Positions 10,668-20,745 are shown, numbered from the stretch's first letter. The stretch: 64,000 nucleotides of DNA from an uncultured Methanomassiliicoccales archaeon (GCA_963800775.1 CAWDCQ010000019.1:400-64399), one strand, 5' to 3'. Notes: generated by a model not told the origin, from the letters alone. Program-made: numbers and translations.

Positions 10668-11213
10668 ATGATCATTCAGAGGCCAGCCGATCCGGATTGG
10701 GACGATCTGGTCCGTGCTTTCGGCACTCCCGAGTTCTCCGAGCAGGTCAGGGACCTGCCGGGGACGGCCAGCGAGCTCGACGCCCTGGACTGCTCGCGGG
10801 GTTATCCTTCTGATATTCACCCTGGCGGGTTCGTGCATATTCGTGGGAAGGAGTGACCTGTCAGAGTGGTCCCTTCCGATGGGCCAGATCCGGACCGAGG
10901 AGGGCATCGTATATGCAGCGAGGAGGGTGGCCATGGAGCAGGTCGGGGCGAACATCGAACCGGTCGGTGTTCCCCTGTGCGAAGGGCCCTGCAGCGTATG
11001 GGTTCAGCGATCATCCTGAGATGGTACCTGGTGGTGGTGGCCGAAACTTCCTCGAGCGCATTGCACCCCATGAAAAGCGCCCAGGGCGGGGAGGCCCGCC
11101 CGTTCGACCTACCTCCAAAGGTCGAGGACGAGGCGATGATGGGATGGATGCGGGAATTGCATCTCGCGGGGATGAGGTTCATGCGCTCAATGGATGCATT
11201 GGACGGGATATGA
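10668..11213 (+). CDS. Nudix-like hydrolase, frameshifted (~10800, ~11000)
   Basis: Pieces from three plus frames join. GQIRTEEGIVYAARRVAMEQVGA fits the Nudix box GX5EX7REUXEEXGU loosely. The flanking sense is continuous (VILLIFTLAGSCIFVGR..; RWYLVVVAETSS..). Confidence 0.45.
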
Positions 11214-11298
11214 TCGGCCAGCGAACATTATTCTCCCGGCAAGGCCGAATAGATTCATATCATGGAAAGGAACTATTTCTAACGCATGAGGTGAAACG

Positions 11299-11583
11299 AT
11301 GGAGGAACACGAAAATAAACCGGAATGCGCGGTGTGCGGAGATTCCCGTATCGGCCTGGACACACCCTCCAAGCTGTGGGTAAAGGACCGATTCGTGGAC
11401 GCCCGGGGCATAGACGCCATCATGGAAGAGGTGTTCCGGATGCGGATCAAGGACCGGAACCGGATCATCGAGGAACTGATGTCCAGGTTCCTGGAGATGA
11501 ACGAGATGGACAAGTCCCTGGACCGGGAATACCGCCTCGCCCTGATCGACGAATACGAACGAAGGCAGCTGCCCTACCTGTGA
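11299..11583 (+). CDS. Small hypothetical protein (94 aa), N-terminal CxxC
   Basis: Intact ORF with non-repetitive, charged helical composition (ECAVCGD..RIKDRNRIIEELMSRFLEMNEMDK). No family recognised. Confidence 0.5.
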   Translation: MEEHENKPECAVCGDSRIGLDTPSKLWVKDRFVDARGIDAIMEEVFRMRIKDRNRIIEELMSRFLEMNEMDKSLDREYRLALIDEYERRQLPYL

Positions 11584-11640
11584 AGGGTTGGAACATTCGG
11601 AGGACTTATAGGGTCGCAGGCCTTCCCAGGCAGGAGCAAG

Positions 11641-12477
11641 ATGACCTGGGCAGCTGACCTTTTCGAGCTTTTCGAGGGCCTGGATTTCCTCGAGCAATCA
11701 TACGAGCAGATGCTTAATGACCGGTTCACCGAGGAGGTGCGGCTCATCGATGCTAACGAGAGCCGGATGCTGATCGACGAGGAGGAATGGCCCCTCTCCT
11801 TCGCGGTAAAAACCCCTAAGGGGTGGAAAGCGACCAGTTTTCTGCTGCGAAAGCCCAAGGTGGAGATCGTCGAACGCTATGAGGCGCTTGGCGGAGAGAT
11901 CTTCCAGACGGACAGGGCGGAGTTCGCCGCGGCGATGCGGGAGCACTTCTCTGAAAGGCTGCTGCAAATGGTCATCCCGGCGATAGAGGACTTTTCGTCC
12001 CCACGCTGTGCCGGCGTCCAGGAGCTTATTTGCGAGGTATGGGGCGAGCGCATAGGCCAGGGTTGCCTGGATGTGGCATGCGGCTCAGGTCTCGGATCCG
12101 CGGCCCTGAGACAGCTGGGCATGGTCCCAATAGCCTATGACAATGACCCCGGTCTTCTGGCCCTGGGGATGATCAAGGGGCGGCTAATGCCGGAGGGGAC
12201 GATGTGCATCGATGCCACAAGGGCTAGCCTGTTCGCTCCGAAGGCGCCATTGGGGCTCATCCTCATGGCCGGTTCCATGAACGATTTCAATGAGTACGTA
12301 TGGAAGCCGATAGTCGAGGAAACGCTCAGGCTGACCGGCGAGACCCTGGTAACTGTCGAAACGGAGAAGGAAGCGGAACGCGTCAAGCGGTGGTGTCTCG
12401 CCCAAGGGCGCGAGGTCAGGATGTACGAGAACAACCGCGACCCCTTCTACGACCGGTGGGTCTGCGTAATATCGTGA
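11641..12477 (+). CDS. Class I SAM-dependent methyltransferase-like protein
   Basis: Intact 278-aa ORF. Motif I LDVACGSGLGSAAL is followed by an acidic residue after beta-2 (IAYDND). Confidence 0.6.
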   Translation: MTWAADLFELFEGLDFLEQSYEQMLNDRFTEEVRLIDANESRMLIDEEEWPLSFAVKTPKGWKATSFLLRKPKVEIVERYEALGGEIFQTDRAEFAAAMREHFSERLLQMVIPAIEDFSSPRCAGVQELICEVWGERIGQGCLDVACGSGLGSAALRQLGMVPIAYDNDPGLLALGMIKGRLMPEGTMCIDATRASLFAPKAPLGLILMAGSMNDFNEYVWKPIVEETLRLTGETLVTVETEKEAERVKRWCLAQGREVRMYENNRDPFYDRWVCVIS

Positions 12478-12716
12478 GCCGTGAGCCTGGTCATCCCGGA
12501 ACAGTCGCAATATTTAGCACTGTCCGGACCGCCGATAACGCACAAGCGATTCCATAAGGAATTATGATTATCTCCTTTCAATTGTTAATTTATCAATTAG
12601 AGAACATTTTGTCATTTAAGTCATAAGAACGTAATAATTGCGAATTATATTGTTTATGTATGAATAACGATATGGTTAAGTAAATCAAGAATGCTTCGAA
12701 TGTGAAGAGGTTAAGA

Positions 12717-13426
12717 ATGACCGATTACGCTGAGCTTTCCGGTAAAATGGTTGATATCCTCGGTCTGCAGGACCGAGCCGGTGGCGGTGACCCTGATAAA
12801 AAAGGGCCAAGAAATCCCGGAGGGATACGTGGTGGTGGAGACGCCGCTCCGACATTGCCAAACGATCATGAGGGCAAGAAAGGGTGAAAAGCTGGCTGTC
12901 CCGGCCGGAAAACAGGCATGTCCGGTCGGTGCTTCGGCCCTGGGCATGGTCCCGTTGCCAGAAAAGGTCAGGTCGGGGGAGTTCCACCACAGCATGGGAA
13001 TGTATGAATCTGCCAACTCGGCGGCCAAGACGATCGCCTCCAGGCCCTCACTGGAGACCGGAAAGCGTCATCGCCACTGCGATCGCTCCGTTGAGCAGGG
13101 CGACTGTGGCGCCGGATGTGATCGTGGTCGTCGGTCTGCCCGAGCAGCTGTTCTGGATCGCACCAGCGGCCGCGACCTTCCAAGAAGGGGGTCGGGTGAC
13201 CATGGAAATGGCTGCTGTCCAAGCGTCCTGCGCGGATTCGACCGTGGTTCCCATCATCACCGGGAACATCAACATGTCCTTGGGCTGCTTCGGATGCCGG
13301 AAGACCACCGACATCGCCCCCGAAGAGATGCTGGTCGGAATACCGGCCTCCAAACTCGAGGAGCTCATGACCGCGATAGAGAAGATGGGCGCAGGCGCGA
13401 TTCCCAAGTCCAGGGTCAAGGCCTAG
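12717..13426 (+). CDS. DUF169-family protein, frameshifted (~12768, ~13066)
   Basis: MTDYAELSGKMVDILGLQ | TEPVAVTLIKKGQEIPEGY..CPVGASALGMVPLPEKV..SLETGK | VIATAIAPLSRATVAPDVIVVVGLPEQLFWIA..GCFGCRKTTDI read continuously across three frames. The layout matches DUF169/COG2043 as I remember it. Confidence 0.6.
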
Positions 13427-13564
13427 TGCGTTTCGGCCGCCGGCCACGGCCGCAACCTCTTTTTTCTGCACCGTCAACAATTTATATGTATCACGCTAAT
13501 TTGTGAAACATTGTAACAAGAATCGTGCTAAAAACGCTCGATTTTTGCAATAGTCGGTGGGGAA

Positions 13565-14035
13565 ATGGACGAAATAGACCTGAACATCCTGAAGATGTTG
13601 AAGCAAGATTCCCGGGTGAGCCTTGGCACGATCGCACAGAAGTTGGGAATATCCAAGGCGACCGTTTCTCGCCGCATATCAAAGATGGAAGATGACGACC
13701 TGATCTCAGGATACACGCTCATCACCAATTCCACCAAGCTGGGCCTGATGCGGGCCATCATAGGGGTGGAGGTGGCCGGTTCCTCCCTCACGGAGGTCAT
13801 CGAGGAGCTCAAGAAGTTCGAAGAGATACAGAACATATTCAAGGTGTTCGGCGACCACAGTCTGATCTGCGAGGTCTACACCAAGAGCGTCGATTCCCTC
13901 TATGACCTCATCCAGAGCCGCATACTCAAGGTGGCGAGCATCCAGAACGTGGAGGTCGACATCCTGATCGAGAAGATCTCCCTTAACCCCGATGCGGAGT
14001 TGGACATGCTCAGCAAGGTCTCCTCCACCGTCTAG
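13565..14035 (+). CDS. Lrp/AsnC-family transcriptional regulator
   Basis: Intact 156-aa ORF. HTH is DLNILKMLKQDSRVSLGTIAQKLGISKATVSRRISKME, followed by a C-terminal RAM-like domain. Confidence 0.85.
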   Translation: MDEIDLNILKMLKQDSRVSLGTIAQKLGISKATVSRRISKMEDDDLISGYTLITNSTKLGLMRAIIGVEVAGSSLTEVIEELKKFEEIQNIFKVFGDHSLICEVYTKSVDSLYDLIQSRILKVASIQNVEVDILIEKISLNPDAELDMLSKVSSTV

Positions 14036-14093
14036 CGAACTTGCTGGGACGGTCTGCATAACCGTTATAATCGGCGAGAGCATCCACCGTCAC

Positions 14094-15986
14094 ATGAGCC
14101 GCAGGGTGAAGGTGGCCGCGACCGGCCCGGAAGGCAACCGCTCCGAGGATCCTGAAGCGACCCTGGCCCGGATAGAGCCCCTGACCAAGAGGGCGGGCAT
14201 CACCCGCATCGCCGACATTACCGGGCTGGACCGGATCGGCATTCCCGTTTTCTCCACGATCCGCCCCACCGCCGAGAACGGCGCCATCTCCATCTACAAC
14301 GGCAAAGGGCTGACCCAGACCCAGGCCCGCATATCGGCCATCATGGAAGGGATCGAGAGGTACAGCGCGGAGCTGCACGGGGACGTGCTGGTCAGAGAGA
14401 GGATGGACGAGATGCTGGCCAAGGACAACGCGGTCGATCCGCGCGAGCTCATACTCCCGATCTACACCAAGATGAGGCTAAAGGACATGCCCATCGCCTG
14501 GGTGGAAGGAAAGGAAATAGGAGAAGGCAAACCGGTCATGGTCCCGGCCAGCGCCGTGTTCCATCCCTACACCTCTATGGCGGACCTGCAGCTGTTCCGC
14601 AGCAACACCAACGGACTGGCGTCCGGGAACACATTGCTCGAGGCCATCCTTCACGGGCTGTGCGAGGTCATCGAGAGGGACGCCTGGTCTCTGGCCGAGG
14701 TGAAGAGAAAGGTGGTCTCGGACGTGTCCGTGGCCCAGGACGATGGGCTGTTGAAGGCGACGATGGAGCGCTTCACCGCAAAAGGCGTCGAGGTCCACCT
14801 GAAGAATCTGACCAGCGATATTGGGATGCCGGTGATCGCGGCCGCGGCCGACGATGTCCAGCTGCAGGACGCCGGATTGCTGACACTGGGCATCGGTGCG
14901 CACCCGTCCCCGAAGGTCGCGGCATTGAAGGCGTTGACCGAGGTGGCCCAGAGCAGGCTGACCCAGATACACGGGGCCCGGGAGGACGCGGTCATGGCCG
15001 AAGGCAACCGGAAGCTGGGATACGAACGGATGAAACGCATGAACCAGCTGTGGTTCGGGAAAGCGGCCACGAGCATGAGCATCGAGGACATGGAGGGCAT
15101 AGACCGGGGCGATGTCGAGACCAACATAGAGGAGGCGGTGTCCCGGATACACAAGACCGGGCTCAGTTCGGTCATCGCCGTCGACCTCACCCGGAAGGAG
15201 CTGGGGATACCGGTGGTCCGGGTCGTCGTCCCCGGCCTGGAAGTGTTCTCCATCGATTCCGACCGGGTCGGCAGGAGGCTCGTGGAGGCCGGAAAGGAGC
15301 GCCCGGGGATGAGGCCGGTCGTCTTTTTGGGCATGAGCCTGAAGCTGTCCGAGGCCAGGGAGATATTGGATGCCGACTACCGGCCGCCCATCAAAAGGGG
15401 CGACCTTCCCCTGCTGGACGAGAAGGTGCGGTACGTCGGCATCATCGACGGCGTCTTCATGAACGACTGCTCGGTGGGGCACCGGGAGATAATGGCCCTG
15501 CTCAAGAGAGGGGTGACCGTGGTCGGCGGCGGCAGCATGGGCGCGCTGAGGGCCTTGGAGCTCAACGACATGGGAATGATCGGCGTCGGCAAGATCTTCG
15601 AGCTGTACAATAACGGCGAGATCGAGGGAGATGACGAGGTGGCCCTGATCTTCAACCCGGAGACTAACGATCCCCTCTCGGAGCCGCTGGTCAACATCCG
15701 GGCAACGTTGGCCTTGGCGGTGGAGAGAGGGCTTCTGGAGGCGGACCTATCGTCCTCGATCCTGGAAAAGGTGAGGGCGGAGTTCTACCCGAGACGGTCG
15801 ATGCCCCTGATGGTCGAGCTTGCCCGGGGCGTCATGGACCCGGCGGCCTTTCAGGATTTTGCTGATTTCGTAGAAAAATCATCATTTGACCTCAAAAAAA
15901 GGGATGCTATCGCGGTGCTGCAGGAGATCGCAAAAATCATGAAAAATGAAAATCGGGAAAATTCACGAAAAATGAAAATTCCTTAA
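14094..15986 (+). CDS. ycaO: YcaO domain fused in frame to a TfuA domain (McrA thioglycine-forming system)
   Basis: ATG at 14094 in the frame of ORF 13992..15986. YcaO motifs: GIPVFSTIRP, NGLASGNTLLEAILHGLCEVIERDAW, GIPVVRVVVPGLEV. From ~15309, TfuA motifs: MRPVVFLGMSL, YRPPIKRGDL, IIDGVF, GGGSMGALRALEL, GDDEVAL. Confidence 0.85.
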   Translation: MSRRVKVAATGPEGNRSEDPEATLARIEPLTKRAGITRIADITGLDRIGIPVFSTIRPTAENGAISIYNGKGLTQTQARISAIMEGIERYSAELHGDVLVRERMDEMLAKDNAVDPRELILPIYTKMRLKDMPIAWVEGKEIGEGKPVMVPASAVFHPYTSMADLQLFRSNTNGLASGNTLLEAILHGLCEVIERDAWSLAEVKRKVVSDVSVAQDDGLLKATMERFTAKGVEVHLKNLTSDIGMPVIAAAADDVQLQDAGLLTLGIGAHPSPKVAALKALTEVAQSRLTQIHGAREDAVMAEGNRKLGYERMKRMNQLWFGKAATSMSIEDMEGIDRGDVETNIEEAVSRIHKTGLSSVIAVDLTRKELGIPVVRVVVPGLEVFSIDSDRVGRRLVEAGKERPGMRPVVFLGMSLKLSEAREILDADYRPPIKRGDLPLLDEKVRYVGIIDGVFMNDCSVGHREIMALLKRGVTVVGGGSMGALRALELNDMGMIGVGKIFELYNNGEIEGDDEVALIFNPETNDPLSEPLVNIRATLALAVERGLLEADLSSSILEKVRAEFYPRRSMPLMVELARGVMDPAAFQDFADFVEKSSFDLKKRDAIAVLQEIAKIMKNENRENSRKMKIP

Positions 15987-16091
15987 AATCAGAAACGATT
16001 ATTAACGGCCTTAAATCGAAAAAAATTAACCCCGTTAAAACTTGGACCTGGTACGTCTGGTCGATGTTTTTCTCCTCACTATCGTTTAGGC

Positions 16092-16110
16092 TGGATGGAT
16101 AATCCATCCA
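16092..16110. promoter_or_regulatory. Perfect palindrome TGGATGGAT-A-ATCCATCCA, 114 nt upstream of the mcrB ATG, next to a TATA-like TTAAATCA
   Basis: Read directly from the sequence. Identical 9-nt arms recur at 23713..23735. Confidence 0.55.
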
Positions 16111-16212
16111 ACATCAAGCTTAAATCATGTTGCTGGATACTATACCCTCGCAAGGGGAGCCGATTTTCACTAGATTGATGCAAATCTCTAGTGAATGTTG
16201 AGTTATTAAAAA

Positions 16213-16218
16213 GGAGGT
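16213..16218 (+). promoter_or_regulatory. Shine-Dalgarno-like GGAGGT, 5 nt before the mcrB ATG
   Basis: aaaaGGAGGTaaaacATG read directly from the sequence. Confidence 0.6.
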
Positions 16219-16223
16219 AAAAC

Positions 16224-17557
16224 ATGGCAAAGTACAAGGACAAGGTGGACTTGTATGACGACAGGGGCAAAGTAATCGAGAAAGCAGTGCCCCTCGAGGC
16301 AATAAGTCCTCTATACAACCCAGCCATAAAGCGAACAGTTTCTCTAGCTAAGAGAACGATCGCAGTCGACCTCGCCGCAATTGAGAAAGGTCTCAAGAAC
16401 GGTGCAGTCGGCGGTGGAGTTCTGCGCGGAAGGGAAATGAACCTCGCTATTGTGGCAAACGCAGAGAAGATCGCAAAGAAGACCAAGGAAATCCTGAAGA
16501 CCACCAAGGACGATGACACAGAAGTCAGAACCTTGATGGACGGGAAGAAGATGATCGTCATCGTCCCGGAGGTCAGGTTGGACGCTGGTGTAGAGTACAC
16601 CACCGGATTCACCGCGGCCGCCGCAGCAGTGACGCAGGTCATTCTAGACGAGTTCGACGTTGACATGTTCCAGGCGAGCATGGTCAAGGCCGCCGTCTGG
16701 GGAAGGTACCCGCAGACCATCAACTTCCAGAACTCGAACCTGAAGTCTATCCTGGATGTTCCGCAGCTGAACGAGGGTGCAGGATACGCCCTCAGGAACA
16801 TCATGGCGAACCACATTGTTGCCCTAACCGGCAAGAGCGCCATGAACGCCGCAGCACTGTCCTCGATCTTCGAGCAGGCAGCATCGTTCGAGATGGGCGA
16901 CGCTATCGGCCCGTTCGAAAGGCAACAGCTGCTCGGTCTCGCATACCAGGGATTGAACGCGAACAACATCGTCTACGGCATAACCAAGGACAACGGCAAG
17001 ACCGGCACGGTCGGTACAGTCGTCGAGTCCATCGTCGGCCGTGCGATCGAAGACAAGGTCATAAAGGTCAAGGAGAAGTTGCCGTCTGGATTCAAGACGT
17101 ACACCACCAACGATTTCCCGTTGTGGAACGCGTACGCCGCCGCCGGACTGCTCGCAGCAATAATGGTCAACGTTGGAGCTGCCAGGGCATCCCAAGGTAT
17201 TCCGTCAACCATCCTATACTACAACGACCTGCTTGAGCATGAGACCAGCCTGCCCGGTGTGGACTATGGCCGATCGATGGGTACGTCCGTCGGTATGTCA
17301 TTCTTCTCGCACTCGATCTATGGTGGCGGCGGCCCGGGTCTGTTCCATGGTAACCACGTAGTTACCAGGCACTCGAAGGGATTCGTCAACCCGGTCATCG
17401 CAGCAGGATGCTGTACTTAGATGCTGGAACCCAGATGTTCTCTCCGGAACACACCTCATCACTGGTGAAGGATGTATTCGGCGACATACCTGAGTTCAAG
17501 ACACCGTTGAAAGTGGTCGGCAAGGAGGCCAAGAAGATCAAGGACCTGGTGGCCTGA
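16224..17557 (+). CDS. mcrB: Methyl-coenzyme M reductase beta subunit; frameshift at ~17410
   Basis: [50 protein letters not shown]. After the premature TAG (17418) the protein continues in the next frame as [45 protein letters not shown] to the TGA at 17555. Confidence 0.95.
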
Positions 17558-17559
17558 AA

Positions 17560-17977
17560 ATGAGTTCTGCTTCCGCTTCGGAACAGATGCCATTACCGGA
17601 GATACTGATTTTCCCGGCCCGGCTCCTGAGAGCTGAGACCACCGAGAAGATCCTCAACCGGATCATGCGATCTCGAACGTCAGGCACATCACCGTGAGCG
17701 GAGAAGTCTTCCAGCAGTCTTGAACGCGGGTCCGGGCAAGGGAAAGCCGGTCAACCATCCCGAACAACAGAAGATTACTGTCAAAGGTGATGTGGTTGAG
17801 CTGAGGCTGCTCGTCGGCCGGATATTTGTCGAGATCAACGATATCGACAACGTGCCCAAGGCTATGGAGGACATCGAAGAGGTGTGCAAGGAATTGCTGC
17901 CTTTTGGATTCAATCTCGAAGTGGGGCGGTACTCGAAATTCAGACCAACAGTCACCGACTACAAGAAGAACAGGTGA
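17560..17977 (+). CDS. mcrD: MCR operon protein D; two frameshifts (~17662, ~17703)
   Basis: [35 protein letters not shown] | [14 protein letters not shown] | [53 protein letters not shown]. Position between mcrB and mcrG supports the call. Confidence 0.8.
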
Positions 17978-17982
17978 TTCAC

Positions 17983-18758
17983 ATGGCAAAGTACGAAAGA
18001 CAATTCTATCCAGGTATGTCTGTGCCGGCGAAGAACAGGCGCAGGTTCATCGACCCCAGCAAGAAGCTCGAGAAGCTTCGAGAGGTCGCAATGGACGATG
18101 TCGTGAAGATCATGGGCCACAGGGCGCCAGGAACCGACTACAAGTCGATCCACCCGCCACTGGACGAGGGCACAGAGCCCGACTGCTCAGTAAGACAGGT
18201 CGTCACGCCGATCGAGGGTGCCAAGAAGGGAGACAGGATCAGGTACATTCAGTTCACCGACTCCGTCTACTTCGCTCCGGCGATCCCGTACATAAGGGCC
18301 CAGATGTACATGTCCAGGCTCCGTGGGATCGATACCGGTACCCTGTCCGGCAGACAATCATCGAAATGAGGGAAAGGGACCTCGAAAAGATCGCCAAGGA
18401 GTTCATCGAGAACGAGACCTTCGACCCGGCCAGGACTGGTATCCGTGGAGCAACAGTGCACGGACACGCATGCAGGCTGGACGAGAACGGGCTCATGTTC
18501 GATGCCTGGCAGAGATACCGGTTCAACGCCAAGACCGGCATGGTCGAGTACGTGAAGGACCAGGTCGCAATCCCGTTGGACAAGCCGATCGTCATCGGTA
18601 AGCCGATGGACGAGAAGTGGCTCAAGGCTCACACCACAATGTTCCGCGCGGACGATGTGGACATGAGGGCGGACCCAGAGGTCATGGCCCAGAACCTGAG
18701 GATCCACACACTGAGGACCCTATGCGGCTACAAGCCGTTCGACGTCAAGGGGGAGTAA
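17983..18758 (+). CDS. mcrG: Methyl-coenzyme M reductase gamma subunit; frameshift at ~18356
   Basis: [55 protein letters not shown] | [40 protein letters not shown] lies 6 nt upstream of the ATG. Confidence 0.95.
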
Positions 18759-18761
18759 ACA

Positions 18762-20426
18762 ATGGCAAAGGAAAAAGAAAAACTGTTCATGGCCGCCATG
18801 AAGAAGAAGTTCAAAGAGGACCCAACTGACGTCCACACGAACTACTACTCCTTCGGCGGCTGGAAGCAGTCCAAGAGGAAGAGGGAATGGGTCGAGCAGG
18901 CGAACAAGATCGCCAAAGAGCGCGGCATCCCGATGATGAACCCAGACATCGGTGTCCCGCTCGGACAGCGTGTCTTGATGCCCTACCAGCTCTCTCACAC
19001 CGACATATACGCTGAGGCCGATGACCTGCACTTCGTCAACAACTCTGCTATGCAGCAGGCGTGGGACGATATCAGGAGGACCGTAATATCCGGTCTGGAC
19101 ACCGCCCACAACGTCATCGAGAAGAGACTGCAGAAGGAAGTCACCCCGGAGACCATCAACCACTACCTGGAGACCGTCAACCACGCTATGCCTGGCGGCG
19201 CAGTCGTTCAGGAGCACATGGCTGAGTGTTCCCCGGCTCTGACCGCGGACTGCTACGTCAAGGTCTTCTCCGGCGACGACGAGCTCATGGACGAGATCGA
19301 CAAGCCGTACAGGATCGACATCAACAAGGAATTCCCGGCAGACCAGGCCAAACAGCTGAAGGACGCCGTCGGAAAGTCCCTGTGGCAGGTCATCCGTTGC
19401 CCGACCATCGTTGGAAGGGTATGCGACGGCGGTACGATGTCCAGATGGTCTGCGATGCAGATCTCTATGTCCTTCATCAGCAGCTACAAGCTGGCTGCCG
19501 GTGAGGCTGCGATCGCGGACTTCGCCTACGCAGCGAAGCACGCCTCGGTCATAGAAATGGGTACCATGATGCCAGCAAGGAGGGCCCGTGGCCCGAACGA
19601 ACCCGGCGGAATTCCGTTCGGATTCCTGGCTGATATGGTCCAGTCCCAGAGGAAATACCCGGACGACCCCTGCAGGCAGGCCCTCGAAGTAGTCGCACTC
19701 GGTGCGGTCATCTTCGATCAGATCTACCTCGGAGCGTACATGTCCGGCGGTGTCGGTTTCACCCAATACGCAACCGCAGCCTACACCGACAACATCCTCG
19801 AGGACTACGTCTACTGGGCAGCTGACCTGGTCAAGACCAAGTACGGCGGGCTCACCAAGAGCAAGCCGACGATGGACCTGGTCAACAAGCTCGGGTCCGA
19901 GATCAACTCCTACGCACTGGAGCAGTACGAGAAGTACCCGGCAGCAATGGAAACCCACTTCGGTGGATCGCAGAGAGCGACCGTTGCAGCCGCAGCAACT
20001 GGTATCGGTGTCGCAATGGCTACCGCCAACGCGAACGCCGGTGTCAACGCATGGTACCTATCCATGCTCCAGCACAGGGAGAGGCTCGGAAGACTCGGAT
20101 TCTACGGTTACGACCTGCAGGATATGTGCGGCGCGTCCAACTCGCTGTCGTACAGGTCCGACGAGGGTCTCCCGCACGAACTCCGTGGCCCGAACTACCC
20201 CAACTACGCCATGAACGTCGGTCACCTGCCAGGCTACGCCGGTATCGCTTCCGCCCCGCACGCTGCGAGGGGAGACGCTTTCGCCTGTAGCCCGCTGATC
20301 AAGATCGCGTTCGCTGACAAGAACCTCCCGTTCGACTTCGCCAACATAACGAAGGAGCTCGGCCGCGGCGCACTGCGCGAGTTCATGCCAGCCGGCGAGA
20401 GGACGACCATCATACCCCCGATGTGA
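18762..20426 (+). CDS. mcrA: Methyl-coenzyme M reductase alpha subunit (intact, 554 aa)
   Basis: [60 protein letters not shown]. Confidence 0.97.
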   Translation: MAKEKEKLFMAAMKKKFKEDPTDVHTNYYSFGGWKQSKRKREWVEQANKIAKERGIPMMNPDIGVPLGQRVLMPYQLSHTDIYAEADDLHFVNNSAMQQAWDDIRRTVISGLDTAHNVIEKRLQKEVTPETINHYLETVNHAMPGGAVVQEHMAECSPALTADCYVKVFSGDDELMDEIDKPYRIDINKEFPADQAKQLKDAVGKSLWQVIRCPTIVGRVCDGGTMSRWSAMQISMSFISSYKLAAGEAAIADFAYAAKHASVIEMGTMMPARRARGPNEPGGIPFGFLADMVQSQRKYPDDPCRQALEVVALGAVIFDQIYLGAYMSGGVGFTQYATAAYTDNILEDYVYWAADLVKTKYGGLTKSKPTMDLVNKLGSEINSYALEQYEKYPAAMETHFGGSQRATVAAAATGIGVAMATANANAGVNAWYLSMLQHRERLGRLGFYGYDLQDMCGASNSLSYRSDEGLPHELRGPNYPNYAMNVGHLPGYAGIASAPHAARGDAFACSPLIKIAFADKNLPFDFANITKELGRGALREFMPAGERTTIIPPM

Positions 20427-20432
20427 TCCTGA

Positions 20433-20708
20433 ATGAACGTCGGAGACTACGCCAGGTACAAGAACACCGGGACCGTTGGAAAGGTCTTGGAGATCAAACA
20501 GGAGGCAGGGGTCGAGTGGATTCTGCTCGACACCTTCAACCTCTACTACGACTCCATGACCCTCGAGCCTGGCTCGGCGCAGGAGTACAAGACGTTCTCC
20601 GTCAAAGAAAGGACAACCGGGCTGACGGTGGAAGACATCGAGGCCATGAAGGAAGAGATCGCCAAGGTTGAGCGGTATGGTTCGATAACCGCCTCCGGCG
20701 GCGGTTGA
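20433..20708 (+). CDS. Small conserved archaeal protein (DUF2098-like from memory) co-oriented 6 nt after mcrA
   Basis: Intact 91-aa ORF: VGDYARYKNTGTVGKVLEIK... Tight spacing to mcrA suggests the same transcript. Confidence 0.5.
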   Translation: MNVGDYARYKNTGTVGKVLEIKQEAGVEWILLDTFNLYYDSMTLEPGSAQEYKTFSVKERTTGLTVEDIEAMKEEIAKVERYGSITASGGG

Positions 20709-20738
20709 ATCCTTCAAAACAAACCCTTTAACTTTCCA

Positions 20739-20745
20739 TTTTTTT
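20739..20745 (+). terminator. Oligo-T tract (T7) 30 nt after the last gene of the mcr transcription unit
   Basis: ccaTTTTTTTgtatttctg. Archaeal terminators are typically oligo-T. Confidence 0.4.

Noticed and set aside
13992-14093. The 34-codon N-terminal extension of the YcaO ORF overlapping the Lrp gene end
   Set aside because: The extension (MRSWTCSARSPPPSS..) has no protein-like character and overlaps the Lrp C-terminus. The Met at 14094 precedes the conserved YcaO N-terminus.
17418-17420. In-frame TAG codons (mcrB 17418; PAS kinase 57643) as pyrrolysine sites, since the lineage is expected to use Pyl
   Set aside because: In both cases the conserved protein resumes in a different frame immediately after the TAG. 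These are frameshifts, not read-through. TAG also serves as an ordinary stop for the Lrp (14033) and DUF835 (44493) genes.
18720-19958. Long antisense ORFs: 412 aa opposite mcrA, and similarly 14478..15482, 27327..28160, 30693..31871, 35981..37129, 6625..7461 and 34086..35093
   Set aside because: They lie exactly opposite well-supported genes. Their composition is Arg/Gly/His/Asp/Pro-rich and motif-free, as is typical of stop-poor shadow frames in 60-70% GC DNA.
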